Positions 49,468-59,737 of a stretch of DNA of 64,000 nt are shown here, piece by piece (positions within the stretch are counted from its first letter, which is position 1; each line of letters opens with the position of its first letter). The notes beneath the pieces are model-generated. The model worked only from the letters and a program-made list of their open reading frames with translations, had not been told where the DNA came from and did not search any database. Both the position numbers and the translations under genes were made by a program. This stretch comes from Meyerozyma guilliermondii (lineage: Eukaryota): assembly GCA_051546255.1 (NCBI GenBank), contig CP128819.1:558001-622000 (forward strand), read 5' to 3'.

Positions 49468-50420
49468 TTTATTTCTTTTTTAGCATTTAGTAAGTATGTT
49501 ACATTCACTTCTGCATATCCTGTAGCCAGACCCGGATAATATGTCTCGGACCTACTCCGAGAGTCCAGCCCTATGCTAGCTTAACGGTCCCCTCCGCTCA
49601 TCGGTTTTCGCAGCATATACGATCGGATCACTTGCATGCATACCCGAGATGAGAGAAAAATTACTAAAAGGGAAATTTTGCGTAATTTGCTGCATTCACA
49701 CAGAACGACTCGGATGTTGACCAAGCAACTGTAGCTGTCGTTGGTTGGATGGTGCCGGTCGTCCAGAAGACGATACGTTGACTAGGCGACCTTTGACCGT
49801 TGAACAGTGCGGCGCAGTGTGCATGTTTCCCCTGGAACTGTGTCACGTGATAATACGTTGTGTGCCGGATCTCCCCTGGCGATAGATGGGTATGAGCTCG
49901 GGGGACCCGCGAACGCGAAAAATTGATGAATGCCGGGCTTTTAACAAAGAAACCAGCATAGATTTAAGGAAAACCTTGACCACCAAAAGACTTGCCATTT
50001 CAGTTCCTATGACCTCTGGCTGTCAATTGGTGGACCAGATGGGTATCCGAGGCCAAAGGGCTGCAGACGCCGCGCAGCAATTGGCACATCTTGCAAGCGA
50101 CGCTTGCACCCATGCGGCGGAGATCATGCATGAAATTTACCCAATGCGGCATAGTCTAGACCGCAATCTGCGAGTGGGCGGTGTGGTGCAGGTTGTGAGC
50201 CCGCGCCATTGTGCCCGATTAGGGGAGAATCAAAATTTTTGCGGTGTCCACCCAAACATTTTTTATTTTTCTTCAATTGACATTTATCGCACAACTGGTT
50301 TCAGGAGATTCATCCAGTTTTTTCTTCCTTTCATTTTTCACGGTTATTAGCTCCTATTAACTACAGTCTTTCCTTTTTGTATCTGTGGCTAACTGTGATT
50401 CCATTCATTCCTTTTAAACT

Positions 50421-51557
50421 ATGAAATCGTCCATTCTTTCCCTTATAGCTGTTGCTACCGTGGCCATGGCTGCTCCTTTGGAGGGTCACCGTCACCACAA
50501 ACATGACTTGCACAAGAGAGATGTGGTCACCAAGGTTGTGTATGTCAATGGACAAGGCCAAACCATTACTCCTTCGGCTTCTGCTGCCCCTACTGAGGCT
50601 GCTTCGTCGACAGTGGCCACCATTGTTTCGTCTTCTGCTGCTGCTGCTGCTTCTTCTTCTGGCTCTCCAGCTTCTCAAGCTGGCAGCTCCGAGACCTCTT
50701 CCTCGACTGGATCGTCTTCTGGTGGATCTGGTGGTATTTCTGGTGACTTGAGTGCCTTTTCCGGTCCAAACAACAAGTTTGAGGATGGTGTTCACAAGTG
50801 TTCCCTGCTCCCAACTGGTCAAGGTGTTATTTCCGTTGACTGGATTTCCGGCTTGAACGGTGGATGGACTTCCATCATGAACGAGAACGGTGACACTTCT
50901 TCCACCTGTCAGGACGGTTACTACTGTTCTTACGCTTGTCAGGCTGGTATGTCCAAGACCCAATGGCCTTCCGAACAACCATCCAATGGTATTTCCGTTG
51001 GTGGTTTGTACTGTAAGAACGGTTACTTGTACAAGACTAACTCGGACTCCGACTACTTGTGTTCTTGGGGTGAACAAACCGCCACTTTTGTGTCAGAAAT
51101 CTCCAAGGATGTTGCTATCTGTAGAACTGACTACCCTGGTTCCGAGAACATGAACATTCCAACCTTGTTGGAAGGTGGTGGTAAAGCTCCTGTTTCCGTT
51201 GTCGATTCTGCCAGTTACTACACCTGGAAGGGTGGTAAGACCTCCACTCAATACTACGTCAACAACGCCGGTGTTTCTGTCGAAGATGGATGTATCTGGG
51301 GTACTGATGGATCTGGTGTCGGTAACTGGGCTCCTGTCGTTTTGGGAGCCGGTATGACTAACGGTAAGACTTACTTGTCTTTGATTCCTAACCCTAACAA
51401 CAAAGACGCTCCAAACTACAACATTAAGATTGTTGGTGCTGACGGTGCCAATGTCGTTGGTGACTGTAAGTACGAGGATGGCTCCTACAATGGTAACGGA
51501 TCTGATGGTTGTACCGTGACCGTTACTTCGGGTAGTGCCAACTTTGTGTTTTACTAA
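50421..51557 (+). CDS. SUN-family secreted beta-glucosidase-like cell-wall protein (Uth1/Sim1/Sun41 family)
   Basis: Signal peptide, KR site, Ser/Ala linker, [26 protein letters not shown]. Confidence 0.93.
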   Translation: MKSSILSLIAVATVAMAAPLEGHRHHKHDLHKRDVVTKVVYVNGQGQTITPSASAAPTEAASSTVATIVSSSAAAAASSSGSPASQAGSSETSSSTGSSSGGSGGISGDLSAFSGPNNKFEDGVHKCSLLPTGQGVISVDWISGLNGGWTSIMNENGDTSSTCQDGYYCSYACQAGMSKTQWPSEQPSNGISVGGLYCKNGYLYKTNSDSDYLCSWGEQTATFVSEISKDVAICRTDYPGSENMNIPTLLEGGGKAPVSVVDSASYYTWKGGKTSTQYYVNNAGVSVEDGCIWGTDGSGVGNWAPVVLGAGMTNGKTYLSLIPNPNNKDAPNYNIKIVGADGANVVGDCKYEDGSYNGNGSDGCTVTVTSGSANFVFY

Positions 51558-51686
51558 AATGCTTTATACCCTCTTGTTTGATTTCTTGCGTCAGGTGGTA
51601 ACGATCTCTTGTTGCTGATTGCCATGTTGTTTCTTTATACCTTCTATATTATTCTATTGTTTCTGTCAATATACTAGTGTTGAAAC

Positions 51687-52127
51687 TTAGCCAAATGCTA
51701 CCGTATTACAATAATTAAAAATAAGTTCCTGATTGGTTCGAAATTGATCATACAAGTCTCCTAGTCGCTCATCGGGCGTTGGTTGGAACGTATTATGAAT
51801 ATACATGTAAACGGAGTCAGTTGATATTCGAAGTTTCTTTGCTATAAACCGCATTAACACCGCTACCGTCTGGTCTGAAGAAACCTGTAAGACTTTTGGG
51901 GTAATGGCTCTCGTGGAACCAATCGGAACTAGTCGAATGGTGATTTTGGTTGCTGGCAATGGTTTTATAGTTTTGTGCCATTGACGCTGCTCGACTTCAG
52001 GAAGCCGTTTGACTACTATAGAAGTGTCCAATGGAACAGAGGTTTTGTCTACGTGTTGCAGAAGCGTGTTAGAGTCCGCGGACGTTGTGCTGGAATCGCT
52101 ATCTGGCTCCAGGTGGATAAATGACAT
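51687..52127 (-). CDS. ATG12: Ubiquitin-like autophagy protein Atg12
   Basis: [10 protein letters not shown]...FQPTPDE..GDLY...[11 protein letters not shown] at 52127. Confidence 0.9.
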   Translation of the reverse strand: MSFIHLEPDSDSSTTSADSNTLLQHVDKTSVPLDTSIVVKRLPEVEQRQWHKTIKPLPATKITIRLVPIGSTRAITPKVLQVSSDQTVAVLMRFIAKKLRISTDSVYMYIHNTFQPTPDERLGDLYDQFRTNQELIFNYCNTVAFG

Positions 52128-52251
52128 GCCACAAAGTATCTCGTTTATCAGAACCACCTTCTGAAGCGCATCAATGCACCACCGCTCTTGATAAAATCCA
52201 CAAGCTAATTTCGCACGGCCTTTACCTACACTTGTACTGTAGTTGTTCCTC

Positions 52252-54243
52252 ATGTCCGAAGATAACGATTCAGCTACCCACAGTGAAAGCGAGTCTACCA
52301 TTGAAGAGTTGGAGGTGGGTGGAGTCATCAGAATTCTTGAGCAAGCCGCAGAAGATGCTGTGGAACTGAAAGATTGGCTTCTGTATTCCACCGTCCTTGA
52401 TTATTATCTTTCTGACCGCGAGAAATACACCACGAAAGAGCAAGAACAGCTCTTGAACAGCTTGGCACAATCGTTGTCCAACCATAAGGATCTTGTTTAC
52501 CATGCTGGTTGGGATATTCCTGGGTTATTGATAGGGTATATCGATCAGGACAGAGTGAGTGCACCATTGCGAACGTTACCATGTCTTCTGCAAATTATGA
52601 AGTGCTTTGAAACCTTGGCATTACAGGGAAATCACAAGGAATTGCTTTTGAAAGGCTGTGAGTTGTTAACTTCTATTAAAGTTGAAGACCATACTTATAT
52701 TGATGAGGTACTGGAAAAGAATTCGTACTACCAAATCAAAGTGCATTGTCTCATCGAATTGATCAATTCGAGCTTGCGCAACATCCAGACTCTTTACCCT
52801 TCTCGTTTCTTGGCCATGGCTGTCACTGCTCTTTTTAATGTGATTGAATATTGCAAGGATGAACCGGTGCTTCGTACTTTCTTGATGAAACGTGCTTATA
52901 GTTTTGCCCGTGATTATTCGGCCCCAACCCTCGTTGATGTTCCTGATCTCAGCGAGGAGGAGCTCAACAAGATCAAAGAAGATGAAGCTTACTTACAGAG
53001 AAAGCTTTTGCGTGGGTTCGTTACCCAATTCATTTGCATTTTGTCCACCAAATTTCCCTTCGAAATGAGCAGTGATTACGCATCTTACTTGGCTTCTGGA
53101 GACAGGCTGAACGATGACTGGTTTCATATTCATCAATCCTACCCTGCTTACGGTCGTACATCTGAATTGGTGCTTGCATTTGACATTGATTTGCAACAAA
53201 AACTCGATGCATACGTAACTTCCTCGCACGAACTTTTCCAAGGTTTCGACTACAAAGAAGACCAAGACGAGTTGACTGCCAAAATTTTTCTGGTTATTCT
53301 CAAAGACCACGAAACTAATGCTTCTAATACCATGTTGGATGGCAGTGGAGAGAAACTTACCGACTCTATTGACGGTTGCTTATTGCTTTATAGCTACCTT
53401 CAATGTGCCCGCAATTCCTGTGATGAGATAAACTTGACATTTAATGATGTCCTCGTTTGCACTTTAAGGCTGGTTGTTCCGGCAATGTTAAACCCAGTCT
53501 ACTTGAATTGTGGTCTTCAAGATATGGTTGTATTCTGGGCATGGGTAGCATTGAACAAGCTGCAAGATGGAGTCAAGCTGCTAAAGTTGGAGATATCTAC
53601 AATCTCCTCTACGTTGCTCAAGATATACTATCAGTGTCTCTTATTTATCACCCTTACTCAATGGCAGATAAGTGGTGTTCGTTCGGCAACTTTAACCTTG
53701 TTCACCAAGCTTTTGACCCATACACACGAAAATATTGCCTATGAATTCATCCATGATACCTTGGAGAACTTTCCTCACGAATCGATCAAGGGTGCAGTCA
53801 TTGGAGTTCTTAAAGAATTGATGACTAAAGAACGAACGTCGTCGATGAACGAAGAACTTGACCTCTCTAAATTGGATGTCAAGGATAAGAAAGGACCACA
53901 GCTACCTCCTCGTGCAGTGAAAGTCACCAACAAATACCTTGCGTTGACCAATGAACGGGCGTCTGATTTGCTCAAGTTGGTAGATACCACAGTGGACAAG
54001 ACAATAGTTAACAAGCGTTTAAACCAGGAAACATTTGGTACGTTGGTGGCATACCTCAATCTTCTCGTTGCGTTGAAGCGAGAGTTGAAAGATAATGCAG
54101 AATTTGAAAAATTGGTCAAGAAAACAACTCAATTGGTGGATTCGGCCGAAAAGGAGATTAGAGATGAAAAGGAGTCCAGAGGTCTTACTGAGAAGAATGC
54201 AGTTGGCATTTTACGAGTTAGCCTTGACAGACTCAATGTATAA
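52252..54243 (+). CDS. YBP1: Yap1-binding protein (Ybp1/Ybp2 family)
   Basis: [33 protein letters not shown]; divergent from ATG12 as in S. cerevisiae. Confidence 0.85.
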   Translation: MSEDNDSATHSESESTIEELEVGGVIRILEQAAEDAVELKDWLLYSTVLDYYLSDREKYTTKEQEQLLNSLAQSLSNHKDLVYHAGWDIPGLLIGYIDQDRVSAPLRTLPCLLQIMKCFETLALQGNHKELLLKGCELLTSIKVEDHTYIDEVLEKNSYYQIKVHCLIELINSSLRNIQTLYPSRFLAMAVTALFNVIEYCKDEPVLRTFLMKRAYSFARDYSAPTLVDVPDLSEEELNKIKEDEAYLQRKLLRGFVTQFICILSTKFPFEMSSDYASYLASGDRLNDDWFHIHQSYPAYGRTSELVLAFDIDLQQKLDAYVTSSHELFQGFDYKEDQDELTAKIFLVILKDHETNASNTMLDGSGEKLTDSIDGCLLLYSYLQCARNSCDEINLTFNDVLVCTLRLVVPAMLNPVYLNCGLQDMVVFWAWVALNKLQDGVKLLKLEISTISSTLLKIYYQCLLFITLTQWQISGVRSATLTLFTKLLTHTHENIAYEFIHDTLENFPHESIKGAVIGVLKELMTKERTSSMNEELDLSKLDVKDKKGPQLPPRAVKVTNKYLALTNERASDLLKLVDTTVDKTIVNKRLNQETFGTLVAYLNLLVALKRELKDNAEFEKLVKKTTQLVDSAEKEIRDEKESRGLTEKNAVGILRVSLDRLNV

Positions 54244-54303
54244 AGAGCTAGATAATGTATGTATTTAAGCTAATAAGCTATTAATATAGCTAGCTATGTT
54301 TTT

Positions 54304-55245
54304 TTATCCCATCACAACCATCATCTTCTCGTAGATGGTGAACACAATACCACCACTGAGCACCAACCGACCAAGTCTAGGAGTTGCACCCTTCCAGAAT
54401 GTGAGCAAGCCTTCATCTTTGAAAATTCGAACAAAGCAATTTATGGTAGATGTGTACAATTTATCAGCACCAAGAGCCTGCATTCTTGTTTTCACAGTGT
54501 CTATTGGCATAGTGGAGTAGACGGTTATGACACCAGCCAAAGATCCTACTGCAAATGTAGAAGCTGAACTCAATGGTTGATTTGGTGGGGTACCCGAAGC
54601 CTGCTGGATTACAGTCTTAAGAGCGTTATATGAACCAAGACGAACCGCTTGGTTGGAGGCTTGTCTAAGAGAAACAGGAACAACACCAGCATAGATGCCA
54701 CGGAAGCCCATATCTCTACATAATTTGACGGTTCCACTGAGTATTCCATTTTGATACTTTGGTGAAGCTGCTTGTTTGTCGTCAATTAAGGCAGTTTTGA
54801 TAGCTTCAAATGGAGTGACCGCTACCACGGACTCGAGCAATCCAGCACCAAGTCCAGCAATGACTCCTCTGGGTCCTGAAAGTTTTCCATTCTTATCAGC
54901 TAGCAATGATTTGATGTAATCGAAACCCAAAAATCGAACCGATGCCTTGACAGTATTGCCCACGACAAACGCAGGGCATCCCACATACAACGAGGAAATA
55001 CCCTGGGTCTTGGAAACGTTGTAAATAAGCACCAATGGGTTTCTGGATGCTTTGGAAGATTTATCCACCAACTGGAGTCTGGTCTTCGCAAACTCAAATG
55101 GGTAGGTTACCACGCCTTCGATGGCACCTGCGGTACCTCCTGCCACGAACGACTTGAGGGGGTCCACCTGAGTTAGTATCACATCCCTTGTATCACATTT
55201 TTTGTGTAACTAATAAACACCTACCTTTTTATCGGGTTTAGACAT
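54304..55245 (-). CDS. CTP1: Mitochondrial citrate carrier; exons 55245-55225 and 55167-54304
   Basis: 57-nt intron GTAGGT...TACTAAC-T-CAG gives MSKPDKKVDPLKSF; three PX[DE]XXKT motifs. Confidence 0.92.
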
Positions 55246-55315
55246 TTAGTGAAAAGTTTCGCGGTCAATTTTTCACTTGGTGATAACTGCAATAAAGTGC
55301 AATAAAGTGCACATT

Positions 55316-56353
55316 CTATATATCCTCTAATTCCTCGTCATCGTCGTCGTCGTCGTCTTCCTCTTGTTCCGCCAACTGGGCGTAATATGCTGCCAAAGCA
55401 TCCTGTGCTTCTTTTTCCTTCAACTCTGTAGTGTCTATCTTCACATCTTCGGCCGGTGGTTCGGCATTTTCCGCAGGAGAAACCGAGTTGGAGTCTGGTA
55501 AAGGATCCACATGGTCTTCTGCGGGTTTCTTTTCCAACGTAGAAGCGGCATGCCATGAAGGCAATGCATTTTGTTCCAATTTCTTTTGGCGCTCTTCTCG
55601 TTCCTCTTGTTCTCGATCGAGATTTTCGTCATTGGCGGTGATGGATACATGCAAAGTGGCCTGTGATTTCTGTGACGAGGCCGAAACAGGACCCAGTTTT
55701 CTTCCACGAGCCACAGAGTACGCTCCAGTAGCTGTTGACTGCGCAGGAACCGCCTTGGTCAATGCAGATTCAAATGTGTTTTCTTGGATCGTCATGTCGT
55801 CTATACGTTTCAAGTGGGCAATAACTGGGTCCACTTGCACCATGAGCTTCTCTAGCCGGGCCTGACGCATATATGCCTGTTGACTAGAATCGTCTTCTGT
55901 GAGGGTTCCACCACAAGTATCACATTCAAAATGAGTTCTGTCGGCAGATAGAAGCGATATGGCGTCTAGTTGTGATACTCTCTTTCCACAACGTGGGCAA
56001 AGGTAACCTTGAGGGTTTCCGTACTGAGTCATTTCCTCCTTCATCGTGTGCACAAGAAAATGAACTTTCCACTTGATGGCATCTATAGCCTTTGTAACAT
56101 GAATGTAGTAGTATACTCTGTTGAATACCCGATTCTGACTCTCCTCACGCTGAAAATGACTCAGAATAATCCGATCATCAACAAGACGGTAGCATTGAGC
56201 TCTGACTTCTTTTGGTTTCATGCCCAAAAGATACACCAAGTCTTCTTCTGAAAGAACAGAATGGACTATGAGAGCATCTATAATGAGCACCACCGCTTTG
56301 TCGTAAAAGCCACGAGCCACAAACCGAAGAAGGGAACGTACGGTGTCCTCCAT
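55316..56353 (-). CDS. TFA1: TFIIE alpha subunit
   Basis: LLRFVARGFY, DAIKWKVH, Zn ribbon CPRC..CDTC, QNALPSWH, acidic tail. Confidence 0.92.
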   Translation of the reverse strand: MEDTVRSLLRFVARGFYDKAVVLIIDALIVHSVLSEEDLVYLLGMKPKEVRAQCYRLVDDRIILSHFQREESQNRVFNRVYYYIHVTKAIDAIKWKVHFLVHTMKEEMTQYGNPQGYLCPRCGKRVSQLDAISLLSADRTHFECDTCGGTLTEDDSSQQAYMRQARLEKLMVQVDPVIAHLKRIDDMTIQENTFESALTKAVPAQSTATGAYSVARGRKLGPVSASSQKSQATLHVSITANDENLDREQEEREERQKKLEQNALPSWHAASTLEKKPAEDHVDPLPDSNSVSPAENAEPPAEDVKIDTTELKEKEAQDALAAYYAQLAEQEEDDDDDDDEELEDI

Positions 56354-56932
56354 TTGAGGTGAATAATCAGCAGTGCCGATGTCAGGATCTTCGGTGAAAA
56401 CGGGTGCATTGGATGTCAAATTCGAAATTACAAAAATTTGAAAATTTGGAATCTGCATTTGCAGCCATTAAAGGGTGAATGAAATCTGCAACAAATAACT
56501 TTTTCATGAATTGTCACTCACATATATATACCTTTTTTTACATTGTCGCTCGCATATATATGAATATATGAATTATATGTATGTGTTATGCTCACATAGC
56601 ATTAGATCTGAACCATCATGTTCTCATTTATTTTAATTTTTAGTGAATTACTCGAATTGAATTGAAGTTTCTGACTCTGTTCTAAATAAATTCAAACTAA
56701 TATATTTACTCACAATTTGCCATACCTAACTTCTTTTATGACATTCGTCTCACCCATTTCATATCTCATATCTCCACATGCAATTTCACACTCCTTACAT
56801 AAGCCACGTTCCCCATTTCCATTTTCCGTTTTAGTTCGTTCCCGTTCGTTCCCGTTTCCGTCCTCTCCTCGGCCGCACGATTGTTTCATCCCTTCTCTAC
56901 CTGTTCGGCGCCGCGCGCCGCTCCATCTGAAA

Positions 56933-56959
56933 CCGCGTTTCGCGACCTTACGTAAACAA
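56933..56959. promoter_or_regulatory. SCB/MCB-like and forkhead sites upstream of HCM1
   Basis: CCGCGT overlapping TTTCGCG (56938-56944); GTAAACAA (56952-56959). Confidence 0.45.
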
Positions 56960-57137
56960 TATTTCAGGACGCGCTTTTCGCAACTTAGAGGGCGAACCGC
57001 ATCTCTTCTTTTAATCCCTTTTATCGGCAGGATCCTTCGCATGGATTAGTCCCTTTTTTGGTCGTTTTTCGTATTAATCAATTCCCGTCACGTCCTCCTT
57101 ACCTTCCAGGTGCCTATAAGTTAATTCCTATCGTCAA

Positions 57138-58751
57138 ATGGGCTCCGTCGTGCCCTCTAGAGTTCCCTTACGGGAACAGCTGATCGATTCGAACCGCAGG
57201 CCACTGCTCGACAAAGTCATAGACACCCCAGTATCGTACAAGCACACCCAGAAAATCTCAACTCCACCAGAAACCATTGCTCCTGCTTTCAGACCGAAAC
57301 ATGTTGAACCCGTTACCACCCCTACTTCCACGAAACATATCCATCCCAGCCTTGCGGGAGGTACCAGCAAGTCAGCACTATTATCACCCGCGTTCTCGTC
57401 GCCCCAGCGTCAACTGCAGGTTCGAACCTATGCTCCCATCAGTTTTGAAATCCCTTCTAAACCATCGTTTTCTAGTCAAGTTCCTTCAAGTGCCACTTCA
57501 AGTCGCTTTTCCGACGAAATTGATGAAAAGCCCGCGAAAAAGAAGGCTAAAAGGTCGAAAAGGGAGTCTAAAGTGGACTCGTTTGACATGGATTCCAACG
57601 AAAAACCACCGTATTCTTATGCTACCCTCATTGGTATGTCTATTTTAAGTCACCCAGATAAGAGGTTAACTCTTTCACAAATCTACCTGTGGATCTCGGA
57701 AACTTTCCGCTACTACCGCCGGGAAGATGTCGGATGGCAGAATTCGATCCGTCATAATTTGTCTCTTAATAAGGCGTTTATCAAGGGAGAAAAATCTCGC
57801 GATGGTAAGGGTCATTTTTGGTGCATCGAGGAAGGATGTGAAGATCAATTTCTCAAGTCTCGCAGCAGTAAAAAGCACTCGTACCAAGAAATCATGGACC
57901 ATATTCAATCGTCCATCAAATCTCGCCCAATGAACCAACTACCCTCACTGCCCAATGCAGATCACGCATCTCGTCAAACCCTGCAAGATGATAGTCCCGT
58001 GCTCGAACCACCCTATAAGAAACGCAACATTGATGGTGAAGAAAACAACGTCGAAACCATTCCTGATTTAGGAGCTCCGTTCACTAGCTGGCAGCCTGCA
58101 TTCCGTCTTAGCACAAGTGCTACACCGCTCCATCGTACACCCCAGGTTGTGGTTAGCGAGTCTCCCGTAAAGCCAATGTTGGCAGGCAAGAACCTCACTT
58201 ACACCTCATCTTTCAGTTGCAACTCCAATTTGGAATTTTCGCCAATAAGACCCAACGAAACCGGACCATTGCTCGAACCTCTCACCCCATCCAACAACAA
58301 GAACCGAAGTATTTCGGTGAGCCTTTTAGGTAACCCCATTCCGTCCCTTCACTACCAACCCAATCTGCAACAGTCTCAGCATACACTCTCCTTGCCATAC
58401 TTGGCGAAAACACCCAAGTCTGGTACGAGAACGCCGCTACGAACACTCAAAACACCCCAAAGTGGGTCAATGATGCGTCGTTTATGGCATTCTCCATCTT
58501 ATCTCGACGAGTTCTACTACTCGCCGCTTGTCATGTCGTCGCAAGGAGCTTTGAATTCTTATGATGATGACGACATGATATTGAGAGCTTTCGAACTGCC
58601 GGCAGTTACGAGAGAGAGAAAGACCGATGAATCGGGACGAAACTTGTTCAATGAGTTGAAGAATATCAAGGACGTTCGACCCCAGGAAAAACATATTCCT
58701 GACGGTCATAATCGTAAGACAAGCTCTTCCTCGACGGAGTCTGATGTTTAA
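57138..58751 (+). CDS. HCM1: Forkhead transcription factor Hcm1
   Basis: KPPYSYATLI, GWQNSIRHNLSLN, GKGHFW; many S/TP sites; next to BUD31. Confidence 0.85.
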   Translation: MGSVVPSRVPLREQLIDSNRRPLLDKVIDTPVSYKHTQKISTPPETIAPAFRPKHVEPVTTPTSTKHIHPSLAGGTSKSALLSPAFSSPQRQLQVRTYAPISFEIPSKPSFSSQVPSSATSSRFSDEIDEKPAKKKAKRSKRESKVDSFDMDSNEKPPYSYATLIGMSILSHPDKRLTLSQIYLWISETFRYYRREDVGWQNSIRHNLSLNKAFIKGEKSRDGKGHFWCIEEGCEDQFLKSRSSKKHSYQEIMDHIQSSIKSRPMNQLPSLPNADHASRQTLQDDSPVLEPPYKKRNIDGEENNVETIPDLGAPFTSWQPAFRLSTSATPLHRTPQVVVSESPVKPMLAGKNLTYTSSFSCNSNLEFSPIRPNETGPLLEPLTPSNNKNRSISVSLLGNPIPSLHYQPNLQQSQHTLSLPYLAKTPKSGTRTPLRTLKTPQSGSMMRRLWHSPSYLDEFYYSPLVMSSQGALNSYDDDDMILRAFELPAVTRERKTDESGRNLFNELKNIKDVRPQEKHIPDGHNRKTSSSSTESDV

Positions 58752-58835
58752 TGGGTAATGGTATGGGCGTTCTTTCTTTGCCTATGGGCAATTTGTATTA
58801 CTATTGTTTGAATGCTATGTTTAATATACACTTTT

Positions 58836-59279
58836 CTAGTCACTACTAGCACACCCACGACATCCACACGTGATACACTCGATCGTCTTTCCTTCGTCAT
58901 CTTCTAAATTGGACTTTGGTACTCGGCAAATACATGTACTTCCATGGTTAGTTTCATTAGTCATGATACAGTTGATGCAACATAAATTTTCGTATCCCTG
59001 TTTTTTCCATTTCGCTATCAAATTGGCATTACAGAATTTTTGCTTGAGTAGCCACTCGTATAACTCTTTGGATATTACTTTACGGTCGTAATACATCGTA
59101 TAAATGTATCTTGAAATTTGATGGTTGAGCCGAAATACCGGCCATAATGCTTGTTTCTTGTTTTCGGTCTTTATAGATGCTGATTGGGCATCCTTGAGCT
59201 TCGCTAGTAGCTTATTGAGCGTCGGCTCGATCTTGGAATACCCTTCAGGCGGCTTATCGTTTCTTCGTGCCCGCGGCAT
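58836..59279 (-). CDS. BUD31: G10/Bud31 splicing factor
   Basis: LIAKWKKQGYENLCC, CICRVP, CGCRGCASSD. Confidence 0.95.
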   Translation of the reverse strand: MPRARRNDKPPEGYSKIEPTLNKLLAKLKDAQSASIKTENKKQALWPVFRLNHQISRYIYTMYYDRKVISKELYEWLLKQKFCNANLIAKWKKQGYENLCCINCIMTNETNHGSTCICRVPKSNLEDDEGKTIECITCGCRGCASSD

Positions 59280-59485
59280 GATAAGTGAAAATGAAAGATG
59301 CATCGAACCTGTCAAACATGCTTATGTCAGCGAACCAAGAAGAAAAGGTACTCGATGATTGTTGTCTAGCGACCAAATGATCTCTATGGCATAGCCATAG
59401 AGATGCCATAGCGATCATCGTAGTTAGTACTACCTTGCTATACAATGGGGTTTTTAAAATTACAGTTCACCGTTCAAAAAAATAA

Positions 59486-59577
59486 CGACATCAGCAGGAT
59501 TCGAACCTGCGCGGGAAATCCCAATGCATAACTCGAAAGATTCGAGTGCATCGCCTTAACCACTCGGCCACAATGCC
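59486..59577 (-). tRNA. tRNA-Ser(CGA) with 11-nt intron (59540-59530)
   Basis: GGCATTG acceptor, D arm GCCGAGTGGTTAAGGC, ATGCA-CT-CGA-A anticodon arm, long variable arm, GGTTCGAATCC, T-run terminator. Confidence 0.93.
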
Positions 59578-59737
59578 TTAACTAAAATATTTGCCTCCGT
59601 ACTCGGCTTATATAGCTACAGTGGCGTTGCTTAATCTGCCATGCCCGCGTCTTTAATTTGCGACAACTTCTTTATTATTAGTTTTGTTTTGAGGTCCTAG
59701 CCACATTATAGCTATTTATTTCGAGTGATATTCAACC

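Noticed and set aside
50361..51077. 238-aa ORF antisense to the SUN gene
   Set aside because: Expected from strong codon bias on the sense strand
52128..52391. N-terminal extension of ATG12 overlapping YBP1
   Set aside because: ATG 52127 gives a normal Atg12 and a plausible divergent promoter
56510..56560. 19-bp imperfect direct repeat in an AT-rich intergenic region; possible centromere or origin
   Set aside because: Short, TA-microsatellite-like, no supporting hallmarks
59486..59577. tRNA as the CUG-decoding tRNA-Ser(CAG), or functionally linked to CEX1
   Set aside because: Anticodon reads CGA; adjacency to CEX1 is probably coincidental
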